Source: Octopus sinensis (lineage: Eukaryota). From it: a stretch of 64,000 bases of DNA. The DNA lies in assembly GCF_006345805.1 (NCBI RefSeq), contig NC_043001.1:113150001-113214000 (forward strand), written 5' to 3'. Positions 1-11,900 of this stretch are shown here, in pieces; the stretch's first letter is position 1; every line of letters starts with the position of its first letter. Below the pieces are notes generated by a model. It saw only the letters and a list, made by a program, of their open reading frames with translations, was not told the DNA's origin and did not search any database. The position numbers and the translations under genes were made by a program.

Positions 1-323
1 CACTCTGGCTACCATGCTACTGAATTCTTCCTACAACATTAAGCGTCGCAATGTTCACTCACTCATATAGATATACTCAGCCAAAACAACATACACACCA
101 CACACACAACACATACTCACAAATACGCACAGACACGTGCTATTACTCACACACATACACTTGCGCGCACGCACATACCCACACATACCTCCTTCTCTTA
201 CACTCTCCTGTCTTAGAAAGAACTTTTTCTTCACCCATTCACTTCCGGTCAATTCAAAATGTAACCAGATGTAAATCGTTGGCGATTTTCTTCCTTCGTC
301 TTCCTTTCTCCTGGACTTTCCTT

Positions 324-470
324 TGGTTCTGATGAAGAGTGTTGCTCGAAACGTTAAACCATATTTCTTTTCTTCCCTGAGCGTCTGCTAATTATTATAC
401 ATGTACCACCTCTCCGCGTTGTTGTGCTTTATTGCTTGTTGTTCTTTTTGGGATTTACTATATATATATA
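324..470 (+). ncRNA. Minimal type-I hammerhead ribozyme motif heading a ~130-bp dispersed repeat (PLE pLTR/retrozyme-like), copy 1, core intact
   Basis: TGGTT(324-328)-CTGATGA(329-335)-A-GAGT gtt GCTC(337-347)-GAAA(348-351)-CGTTA-AACCA(357-361); TGGTT/AACCA form stem I; body ends at (TA)n; related copies at 52094 and 53006. Confidence 0.65.
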
Positions 471-483
471 TATATATATATAT

Positions 484-808
484 ATTGTAATAAATAAAAT
501 ATATGCATACATACAAACATATATGTACGTATCTACATCTACATGTATATATACATGCATATATAAATATATATACGTGAGTACAGGACATCACAACTAG
601 ACGTAGAACTCAACGAGAAACGAAAACGGAAAAGCCATTTTTTTACAACAGAAAAACAGAGACGTGGAACTGGACGAGAAGCGAAAACGTCTAGTTGTGG
701 TGTCCTGTACTCACGTATATATATTTATATATGCATGTATATATACATGTAGATGTAGGTACGTACATATATGTTTGTATGTATGCATATATCTTATTTA
801 TTACACTA
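484..808. repeat. Inverted pair of a dispersed repeat (family G), ~120-bp arms, ~85-bp spacer
   Basis: 484-604 is the near-exact reverse complement of 687-808 (GTCCTGTACTCACGTATATATATTTATATATGCATG...); third copy at 36070-36270. Confidence 0.85.
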
Positions 809-884
809 TTGTATGACAGCGCTTCGCGTCGGGTTCGTTTCGCTTCGTCGCTTTGTTTCGTTTCTTATCCTCCCAGTATTGTTT

Positions 885-939
<55 letters not shown>

Positions 940-1111
940 ATAGATTGCAGTCAATTCATTCTCTCTTACCTGTTTGTGTCTGCCTTCCAAATGCTGTTTT
1001 TACTGAGATCTCCCTTTTTAGTAGAAGAATAGCTATAACACTTTGACTGCTATTTCTAAATTCGGTATGTGGTAAGGCAACTCGTTGCTAAACCCTTATT
1101 GCTTAGTATTA

Positions 1112-1154
<43 letters not shown>

Positions 1155-2201
1155 GAGAGAGAGATACACTCATTGATAAGACATATATACACAAATATAA
1201 ATGTGTATATATATATATTTGTATGCATGTATGTATATGTCTGTGTATGTACGTTTCTGTGTATTGCACGAAAAAGGAAAAAATGAGCAGAAAGAGAGAG
1301 AGAGAGAGGGGGGGGGGAGAAGAGTGGGTGAGAGTGAGAGTTTTTGTTTGTGGTATCTATGTGAGTTACTGACCATGTCGTACTCGTCTGGTGAGAAGAG
1401 CTGATTCTATTCATTGTGAAAAAGAAATAATCTAATCACATCTGTACAAACGAATAAAATGACACAAAATAAAACAATATCTCTCTTTGCTTACATGTGT
1501 GACAGCAGTTATATGGGTAAAATGGCTGAGTCAGCGGGGAGTGGGGGGAGCCCTTACGTCGGACCCCTACTTTATATAAATATCTTAGTCAGAAGAGAAA
1601 GGGCAGCACCATCGAGCATTTCCAAGGCTTTAATAGCGTGTGTGTGGGGAGGACAATAGCATGGCTGGGTGCGGGGAGAGCGATAGGGGCAGTCGACTTC
1701 GGACGACGCTTTTATAGAAGTGGCCCTTTTGGGTCTGCTGCATAAGTGTGTATAGGGGACGGCAGGGGGGGGGTTTAGAAATCTCAAGGGCTTCCCCCGG
1801 GTGGCATACGCTGTAGCTACGTCATTAAAGAAAAGAGAAAGTTTTGCTCACATTGTAGAGCTAACCCCTAATGACTCATCTGGTGATACAACAGGGCAAG
1901 CTGCATTAAACACCACAACGCCATGAATCGCCCCTCGGTGATACTTCGCCTGGATCCACAAACTCTACACAGGAAACAACAAAGGATAACGATCCAACGA
2001 AAGGATTACTGCATGGTCATTTGTTACAATAGAAATTGCCGTAAACTATCTCAAATCATGCGCCCTATAATCTTATTTTTAAAAATGAGAAGGGCATTTG
2101 AGATATATTTTAGTATGGGATACTCTATGTCTACTGCAAAGATGCGATGGCCTTGGTTAGAATGTTTTTGATCATAGGTCTTCTGGATCAAGGCTATGTA
2201 T

Positions 2202-2588
2202 GTGGAGGCACAATGACCCAGTGGTTAGGGCAGCGGATTCGCGGTCGTAGGATCGCGGTTTCGATTCCCAGACCGGGCGTTGTGAGTGTTTATTGAGTGA
2301 AAACACCTAAAAGCTCCATGAGGCTCCGGTAGGGGATGGTGATGATCCCTGCTGTACTCTTTCGCCACAACTTTCTCTTACTCTTACTTCCTGTTTCTGT
2401 TGTACCTGTATTTCAAAGGGCCGGCCTTGTCACTCTCTGTGTCACGCTGAATATCCCCGAGAACTGCGTTAAGGGTACCCGTGTCTGTGGAGTGCTCAGC
2501 CACTTACACGTTAATTTCACGAGCAGGCTGTTCCGTTGATTCGGATCAATCGGAACCCTCGTCGTCGTAACCGACGGAGTGCTTCCAC
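2202..2588 (+). mobile_element. tRNA-derived SINE, family C, full length
   Basis: Head GTGGAGGCACAATGACCCAGTGGTTAGGGCAGCGG...GGTTTCGATTCCC (A/B boxes); body matches the copies at 5004 and 56818. Confidence 0.9.
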
Positions 2589-3289
2589 ATGTATGTATGT
2601 ATGTATATCATTATTCAGTTCCCCTAATGATTGTTAAAATAAATGCAGCCAGGTCCGATATTGTGGCTCACCTATTATTTCTATCCCACATCAAGATCAA
2701 CGTTTGCTCAGACGAACTTACATGCAGCTTCGATCCACAATGTATTATCATTTCACACGGTTTTTAGCAGAGCCTAGGAAACGGTTGGCAACAGTTGTCT
2801 GAGTGGGATTGATTCCACGACCACGTGTATTGCGAAGCGAGTTTAATAACCACACGACTATACATGAGCTCGTCTGCTAAAAATAGAAGCCAAAGTTAGA
2901 TTATATTTAAAACTGCGACATTAGACGGTATTAGTGTCTTTCGACCATTTCTATTCTGCGATGCACTTCAATTTTCAAAACAAAAAAAACAAAAAAAAAC
3001 CCACTTGTACTTCACCATGGACGGACGCAGTTTATATATAAATATATATATAAAGCTAGCGGTTCGGCAAAAGAGACCGATAGAATAAGTACTACGATAG
3101 AATAAGTCCTTTGCATTGGTGGTTATAATTTATTTATTTGTGAATTAAGGCTACCATTGGTTTCATGTTAAGAAAAGTAGGAAAATATAGTAGTGTTTTA
3201 ACCAATTTTTCAAGCCGGTCACATTTAGAAAGGTATTCACCTCCATTTTGGAAAACAGTGCTACATGTATTCACGGTTAGGGGTTATCG

Positions 3290-3895
3290 TTGCAGATAGG
3301 GGCTCTTCTTTGAAATATATGAGGGTAAAATATTGCTTATGTATGCAGGGAGAGAAGATTTCAACCCTAATGTTTAGAGTGTTATCGGTTGATTGTATGA
3401 TGTTTAATTTTTCAGTAATACAGAGTTCACATTTGGTACTCTATCCTCTGTATTTTTTGGCGTTAACAATAATTTTCCATTCTAACAGTTGCTTATTCTA
3501 CCTCCTTTCAATGTCCATATAATATTTGACAGGGATGTTCCATGTTTTTTATTTGTTTTTGTCTCTGAATGACGCCTGATGCTGTGTATGTCTTTCCTTA
3601 AACGAGCTGTCTGTCATTCCGATATACGTTTTTGTTATTTTGTTAGGGTCCGTGATCTTGACTTTGTATGCGAGTTCTTTCTCGAGACAGTTGTTGTTTA
3701 GACGGCAGTGGTTTGGGGATCTACAGTTGCATTGTCTTTCGGGAATGTTTCTAGTGTGTTTGTGTTTATTGAGATTGATTATTATTGAACCTATATTAGG
3801 GAGACAACTATAGCTAACTTTAACAGTATTTCTGTTGAAGATCGTATGATATTTGTATGAATGTGGAGTGATTGGCTTGAAAAATTGTTAAGACA
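3290..3895 (-). pseudogene. Penelope-like element relic: linker plus GIY-YIG endonuclease
   Basis: Manual minus-strand translation: IFNRNTVKVSYSCLPNIGSII...CNCR...NNCLEKELAYKVKI...YIGMTDSSFKERHTQHQASF...CELCITEK...EIFSPCIH, with stops and frameshifts. Confidence 0.85.
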
Positions 3896-4000
3896 CTTGT
3901 ATATTTTCCTAATCTTTCTTGACATGAAACCAATGATAGCCTTAATTCATAAATAAAGAAATTATATCTATATATATATATTATATATATATATATACAT

Positions 4001-4047
<47 letters not shown>

Positions 4048-4069
4048 GTACGTATGTATGTATATATAT

Positions 4070-4223
4070 AGGCATAGGCATGGCTATGTGGTAAGAACCT
4101 TACACATGGTTCCGGGCTCAGTCTCACTGCGTAGTGCCTTGGACAACTGTCATCTACTAAAGCCTTGCATTGATCAAAGTCTTGGGAGTGGATTTGTTAG
4201 ACGGAAACTGAAAGAAGCCCGTC
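4070..4223 (+). mobile_element. SINE family A, degenerate 5' half
   Basis: GGTTCCGGGCTCAGTC...GACGGAAACTGAAAGAAGCCCGTC. Confidence 0.8.
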
Positions 4224-4244
4224 CTATGTATATATATGTATGTA

Positions 4245-4490
4245 TTCTTTTACTTGTTTGAGTCATCTGACAGCAGCCTTACTGGAGTACCACCTTTACT
4301 TGAACAAATCGAATCCAGTACTTATTCTTTGCAAGTCTAATACTAATCCATCGGTCTCCTTTGCCGAACTGCCAAGGGATGTAAACACACCAACATCGGT
4401 TGTGAATCGATAGTGGTCGGGCAAACACTGACACTCAAATACACACACACACGCACGCACACACATGCACACACACATACACATGTATGT
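4245..4490 (-). mobile_element. SINE family A, 3' half
   Basis: Reverse complement of ACAACCGATG...CGGCAAAGGAGACCGAT...AATAAGTACT...ACAAGTAAAAG, with (CA)n. Confidence 0.8.
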
Positions 4491-4492
4491 AT

Positions 4493-5482
4493 CAGGCTGA
4501 GTAAAAAGTAAACAACGTTTTGAAACATGAAATTCATTACAATATATTTCAACAATGCGGAAATTTTATTCATCAAAGTAAGTACCATTACAATCAACAT
4601 ATTTTTGCCAAGTTTGTTTATTCCGGTAACATAAAAATCTGGAGTTCTGGAGCTGATGGACTCTTTGAACGCACTTTCAGCATCGGTGTGATTTTTGATC
4701 TCCTTCGCTCGCAGGAAACCATCAAGGTGCATGAGAAAGTGATAGTCGATAGGAGAAAGGTCTGGGTGAATAAGCTGGGTGGGTATGAACTTCGTAACCA
4801 AGTTCCCTCAACCTCTGCAGCGTCATTAGTGGAACTTGTGCTCAAGCATTGTCATGAAGTATTCTTTGGCCCTCTTCTGTTGACCAGTCTGGGACAGAGA
4901 AGTAGCAGTTTTTCGTTCATTTTGGTAATTTCATGGCAATATGTTTCTGCATTAATGGTTTTTTTCCGGGTTTTTAGAAGTTATAGCGGATGAGTCCAGC
5001 AGTGGAAGCACTCCGTCGGTTACGACGATGAGGGTTCCGGTTGATCCGAATCAATGGAACAGCCTGCTCGTGAAATTAACGTGTAAGTGGCTGAGCACTC
5101 CACAGATACGTGCACCCTTAACGTAGTTCTCGGGGATATTCAGCGTGACACAGAGAGTGACAAGGCCGGCCCTTTGAAATACAGGTACAACAGAAACAGG
5201 AAGTAAGTGTGAGAGAAAGTTGTGGTGAAAGAGTACAGCAGGGATCACCACCACCCCCTGCCGTAGCCTCGTGGAGCTTTTAGGTGTTTTCGCTCAATAA
5301 ACACTCACAACGCCTGGTCTGGGAATCGAAACCGCGATCCTATGACCGCGAGTCCGCTTCCCTAACCACTGGGCCATTGCACCTCCACGAGTTCAGCAGT
5401 ACCCCAGCAAGCAGTCACCATAACCTTTTTGAAGAGCTCGGGTTTTAGGGAAGGTTTTCGGTTCTTCATTTTGGTCCAACCA
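4493..5482 (-). mobile_element. Mariner transposon relic (Hsmar1/cecropia-like, DD34D), 3' half, split by a SINE
   Basis: QWLDQNEEPKTFPK...GLIRYNF...LHDNA...HPAYSPDLSPIDYHFLMHLDGFL...DFYVTGINKL...DCNGTYFDE*; TIR-like end TA-TCAGGCTGAGTAAAAAGTAAACAACG near 4493. Confidence 0.9.
5004..5388 (-). mobile_element. SINE family C inserted in the mariner
   Basis: Full-length family C; TSD GAGTCCAGCAGT (4992-5003) / GAGTTCAGCAGT (5389-5400). Confidence 0.92.
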
Positions 5483-5489
5483 CTGCGAA

Positions 5490-5495
5490 GATTTA

Positions 5496-5538
<43 letters not shown>

Positions 5539-5935
5539 TGTGTGTGTATGTGTGTTTTTGTGTCTGTGTTTGTGCCCCCGCCATCGCTTGACAGCCGATG
5601 CTGGTGTGTTTATGTGTCCGTAACTTAGCGGTTCGGCAAAAGAGACCGATAAAATAAGTACTACGCTTACAAAGAATAAGTCCTGCGGACATGCTGGAGT
5701 ACTGCCTTAAAGGGTTTTAGCCGAACAAATCGACCCTAGAACTTTGTTTTAATGTCTAGTACTTACTCTACCGGTCTCTTATGCCGAACCGCTAAGTTAC
5801 GGGAACGTAAACACACCAACATCGGTTGTCAAGCGGTGGTCGGGCACAAACACAAAGACACACACACACACACGCACACACACACACACACACACGCACA
5901 CACACACACACACACACACCACACACACACACAGA
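5490..5935. mobile_element. Two family A SINE 3' halves joined in inverted orientation
   Basis: (GT)n plus forward half to ~5686, then reverse half ~5688-5860 plus (CA)n. Confidence 0.85.
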
Positions 5936-6520
5936 CGCAGTGGGACTGGAAGCACATTTATACATAGGAGGAATAAGATCATATTGTTATGACCTTGTCA
6001 AAGACATAGGCTGCATAAATAAATAATCATTAGCCATGAATTGAAACCTTATCACAGATTTGACTTTCCTTTAACTACGTACTGCTGCTTTTCTCATTCA
6101 CACACACACATACATATGTATGATAGACACACACATTCACATACACGTTACGTTTTTACTAAGACACGAGCTTACATATTTGATATATATATGTAATATA
6201 TCGCAAGCACGACAGTCAAGTTAAGAAGCTCAGGTCGTATTTCAGTGGTTTGAGATTCGATACTGCTATGAAGTACCTTAGAACGATATATTGTACCCCA
6301 GCCTTTAGTCAACCAAATCCATTTAAGTGAAATTTAGATGGCAGCTATATGGAAGTCAATCTTGGCTTGTAAACTTAATCTGTCGATCGGCTTAACCTTT
6401 TTACTGCGAAAATCAAATATATCCCTTCAAAATGGAAAGTAGCTTTATATACCAATCTATCTTTTGTTGAAGGATGCTATGCTTGCGGCTATTTTTTTAT
6501 TGAAACATGTCAAGTTTATT

Positions 6521-6711
6521 AAGGCGGCAAGCTGGCAGAAACGTTAGCGCGCCGGGCGAAATGCTTTCCGCTGTAGGTCGACTTTGCCTTTCATCCTTTC
6601 GGGGTCGATAAATTAAGTTACGCACTGGAGTCGATGTAATCGACTTAATCCGTTTGTCTGTCCTTGCTTGTCCCCTCTATATTTAGCCCCTTGTGGGTAG
6701 TAAAGAAATAT
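6521..6711 (+). mobile_element. SINE family B (CORE-like centre), internally deleted
   Basis: GGCGGCAAGCTGGCAGAAACG...GTCGACTTTGCCTTTCATCCTTTCGGGGTCGATAAATTAAGT; 14-bp TSD ATGTCAAGTTTATT at 6507-6520 and 6712-6725. Confidence 0.9.
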
Positions 6712-7215
6712 ATGTCAAGTTTATTGAAGCTATGTGACGTGCAGAAAATAACAGTTGTATATTTTTTTTACTAGAATAAACTTTTAAATTTAATTTTACA
6801 GTTGGCGCCCTTTAATGCAGTTTACTCAGTTATAAACGTTTAGGTCAGCTCTGCTGTCTGAAAGTACATTCTTCACCCCTTCCAACCAGTCTCGGGGCCT
6901 TTAAGAGACCCATAGGCCTTATAGACGTTGTCCTTTCTGCTCGGACCAAACGGGTGGGGGTGGGGTTCAAATTCAGGCACAAGAACAGCAATTTTGAGGG
7001 TAGGCAATTAGTCAATAACATCGATTCAGTATTTTATCTTAGTGATTCCAGAAACATAAAAGCAAAGTTGCCTTCGGGAGTATTTGAACTCAAAACGTAC
7101 AGAACCGAGAGAAATACTAGAGATAATTCTGTACAGTTCACTATTGGTTCTGCTAATCCATCGTTTTAAACGAGAAAACAAAATAAGTAAAATAAAATAA
7201 AATAAGTAAAATATA

Positions 7216-7380
7216 AGCGCAGGAGTGGCTGTGTGGTAAGTAGCTTGTTTTCCAACCACATGGTTCCGGGTTCAGTCCCGCTGCGTGGCACCTTGGGCAA
7301 GTGTCTTCTACTATAGTCTCGGGCCGACCAAAGCCTTATGAGTGGATTTGGTAGACGGAAACTGAAAGAAGCCCGTCGTA

Positions 7381-7425
<45 letters not shown>

Positions 7426-7650
7426 TTCTGTGTTTGTTCCCCTAGCATTGCTTGACAACCGATGCTGGTGTGTTTATGTCCCCGTAACTTAGCGCTTCGG
7501 CAAAAGAGACCGATAGAATAAGTACTGGGCTTACAAAAAAATAAGTCCCGGGGTCGAGTTGCTCGATTAAAGGCGGTGCTCCAGCATGGCCGCAGTCAAA
7601 TGACTGAAACAAGTAAAAGAGTAAAAGAATAAAGAGAGTAAAATAAAGTC
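7216..7650 (+). mobile_element. SINE family A, full length, internal (TA)n
   Basis: tRNA-like head GGAGTGGCTGTGTGGTAAG...GGTTCCGGGTTCAGTCCC; internal microsatellite; (GTAAAAGA)n-like tail. Confidence 0.92.
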
Positions 7651-8144
7651 TGTTCAATAGAACAATATTTTATTTTGTTTCGTTTCATTTCAGATATGAA
7701 TGAAATTTTATACGCGAAATAAATGAAACCGTTTAAGTCATGAGGCGAAACCTGCCCGCGAGCTAAACAGGTTAACTGGGATATTGGTTTTTACTATATA
7801 CTACTCGCTCGTCCTCAGTTAGCGCACGTCACACCGCCATCCACATCCATGTGATGATGGAAAGACTCGGTGTTCTGCTGCGAACAGCTTCACTGAACAT
7901 ACACGTGTATTTAGCGAAGGTAATTTTTCATAACAGATTCCAAATGACATAAACGTTGATTAGGGTCAACTTGATATCAAGTGGGGTCCAGTCGGTAGCA
8001 GAAAGACTTGTGTAATTACATGGCAGTAGAATGCCAAAGGGGTTAATAGGGATATCTAGGGCACCATTTATTATTAGTTTACGACAGGTATCAACCTTCT
8101 GACTCACGTAATTTAGATCTCCGCTTTCATGTCTCCTCCTCCTC

Positions 8145-8921
<777 letters not shown>

Positions 8922-9329
8922 GCTTGTGTGTGTGTGTATATAATGTATATAATTCTATAACATGATTTGGCTTTAAATTGCATGACAAATAACCAGTAAT
9001 TGGAACTCTATGCAGATTCTTATATACCCAAAGAAAAAGAACTGAGGAAAATTCTTATAGTTTGAGCTTTTCTCGATTTGTCTCCATAGTTAGATGGATC
9101 ATAGAAAAGATATAACAAAAGCAAATCGAAATAGAATAATTTGTTTATAAATCATTTATTTTCGCCATTTTGCTCGTATTTCATTAACAATGAAAAAATC
9201 CGTTATTCAAGGAAAAACGTATAAGCAGATTACATTGTCATGTCTTCAGAGCCTTCGTAACAATCATTAGTAACTTTTAGTTTTTATTCTGGACAGCAGA
9301 AAGTGTTTTAGTATCAACGACCTGTATTG

Positions 9330-9690
9330 TAGACGTGGCTGTGTGGTTAGAAGCTTGCTTACCACTACATAATATATATGTCGAATATATATATATGCGT
9401 GTGTGTGTTTGTCCCTCAGCTACCATTGTCAATCAGTGTTACTGTGTTTGCATCTCCGTAATCTAGATTTTCGGCAAAAGGGACAGATAGAATAAGACCC
9501 AGGCTTTAAAAAAAATGAAAAATTAAGTGGTAATGTCGATTCATCTGACTAAAAATTCCTCAACGCGGTGCCCCAGTTTAAGGTAATACACACACATACC
9601 CCAAGTCTATAGCAGAAGACACTTGCCCAAGGTGCCACGCAGTGGGACTGAACCCGGAACCATGTGGTTGGTAAGAAAGCTACTTACCAT
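9330..9690. mobile_element. Degenerate family A SINE (+) followed by a family A head (-)
   Basis: GTGGCTGTGTGGTTAGAAGC... and reverse head GCCCAAGGTGCCACGCAGTGGGACTGAACCCGGAACC. Confidence 0.75.
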
Positions 9691-10119
9691 ACAGCTAATA
9701 TACATATATATATGTACACACAAATATGTATGTATACATGTCAATGTATACATACAAGCATACATGTGCATATATACATATGAAAAGTCTGTGGAATCTA
9801 GTGCATGTTTACATATGTTAATTAGGATTTCGAAGCCGCAACTAAAAGTTTGTACACTCAGATATATGAAGACAACTGTACGCTTGAGGAGATGATAAGG
9901 ACTCTACATATTAATACAATAGAACTTTCTTCCATATCTTTTGCGTCACACTAATGCAAGTAACTCAAATGGTGACGAAAGCAACCGTAGTCATGGCAAT
10001 GATGGTGGTGGAGGCAGCAGCTGTGTTGGTAGTGCTGTTAATGGTGAAAGCTAAAATGTACAGATTCAGTGAGAGAGAGGGGGGAGAGGGAGAAGTAGTA
10101 TAATAGATATATAAATAGG

Positions 10120-10171
<52 letters not shown>

Positions 10172-10990
10172 AAGCGTGAGAGAGGAAGAGAGAGAGAGAG
10201 ATATTTAAAGTTGGAGAAAATAAAAGATGATATTGGGAAATGGTACTGGTGGCAGTAGTGATAATGTTTATACTGAAACCGGTCGGAGACAAAAGCGGCG
10301 GGGGGTGGGGGAGAGAGAGAGAAGGCAGAGGATTCTAAGAAGTGAGAGGCTGAGAAAAACTGGGGGAGTTAAAGTAAGCATGCAAGAAACAGAGCAGAAA
10401 TTTGAGGGGGCGAAAGTGACACGGAAATGGAAGGAGAGAGAACGATATGAAACGTTGCAAAGTTTGTGATGTCACTGCGTCTTTAATTATACCATTTTCT
10501 TATTCCACACTCTCTGTCTCTATCCCTCTCAGTCTCTTTCTCTCTCACACACAGTCTCTCTCTCTTTCCCCCTCTCTCTCCCTGTCTTTGCCTGTGTTTA
10601 AAGTGGTTTCGAAGGATATCTTAGAAGATAAAATGATGATTAGATGAAAGTTAGCTAAACGGACAAGGTCCTCTGGAAATACGTCCGTATATACTTATGT
10701 AAGTCAGAGAATGTGTGCGTGTGTGTCTCTGTGTATATATATATATATATATGTGTGCATATATATATGTGTGTGTGTATATATGAGTGTGTGTGTATGT
10801 GTGTATATATAGATAATAGATATAGATAGATAGATAGATAGATACATACATACATACATGTATATAGTTCCACTACGTGACACCTTGGGCAAGTGCGTTC
10901 TGCTATAGCCTCGGGCCGACCTAAGCCTTGTGAATGGATTTGGTTGACGGAAACTGATATACACACACACACACACACACATACATACAT

Positions 10991-11045
<55 letters not shown>

Positions 11046-11121
11046 ACACATATATATATATATATAATGCTAGTTCTAAAATCCCTCTAAGCGATTAACG
11101 CAGTAGTCGTACCAACAAGTA

Positions 11122-11353
11122 ATGTTCGTAGCCACTTCAACATGGCTCTCCGTTCGAACGGACTTTATTGTGATTTTTTAACCCCAAGAGGACATCTCAT
11201 CTAGCTGGTTAACGATGCACGGCTGCAATATCTCGCAATATCTCAGGTGCATCTGTGCATCGTTAATCACCAAGAGAAGACATCCCCTTGAGGTTAAAGA
11301 ATCGCAGTATAGTCCGTTCGAATGGACAGCCATGTTGAAGTGGCTACGAACGT
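11122..11353. mobile_element. Fold-back MITE with TA target duplication
   Basis: ~97-bp arms GTTCGTAGCCACTTCAACATGGCT... / ...AGCCATGTTGAAGTGGCTACGAAC; TA at 11120-21 and 11354-55. Confidence 0.85.
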
Positions 11354-11490
11354 TATTTTTATATAATATATATGCACACACGCATGCATATACTATATAT
11401 GTGTTTCCGTTTATAGAAATGGTTTTCTATAAACTTCATATCATTCTGCAGTTCGAAAATAACCATAGAATGTTTACGGCTAGCTACTAA

Positions 11491-11900
11491 TCTAGTATAT
11501 ATAAATCGCAGTACGTGTGTGTCTAATGACTAACGCATACATTTCCACAATTCTCAACCGATTTTAAAGCTTTACGCACACATTACTTATGTCCCAAGGA
11601 TGGTCATGCATTACAACAATTTGCCCAGAGCTCCTGCGTAAATGGACGTAAATGGACATGGTTGTTTTGTATATAGGGTCTTCCATACTTTCAAATCTTA
11701 TAAAAGTGAAAGGATTTTGTCTAATTATTTATTTCCACTGTCTACCTATATAAATCACAGTATGTGTGTGTTTAATGACTAATGCATTCATTTCCACAAT
11801 TCTCAACTGATTTTCACCAGACTTTACACGCACATTACTTATGTCACAACGATGGCCATGAACTAGTGGAAGGATTTTGTCTCTTTATTTTCGCTGTCCA
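11491..11900 (+). mobile_element. Two tandem Helitron-like 5' ends (period ~250 bp)
   Basis: TCTA..TATATAAATC.CAGTA.GTGTGTG at 11491 and 11741, then shared CCACAATTCTCAAC.GATTTT; no 3' hairpin-CTAG found. Confidence 0.55.

Noticed and set aside
2202-2280. tRNA gene calls at SINE heads (families A-D)
   Set aside because: A/B boxes run straight into SINE bodies, with no complete cloverleaf or terminator.
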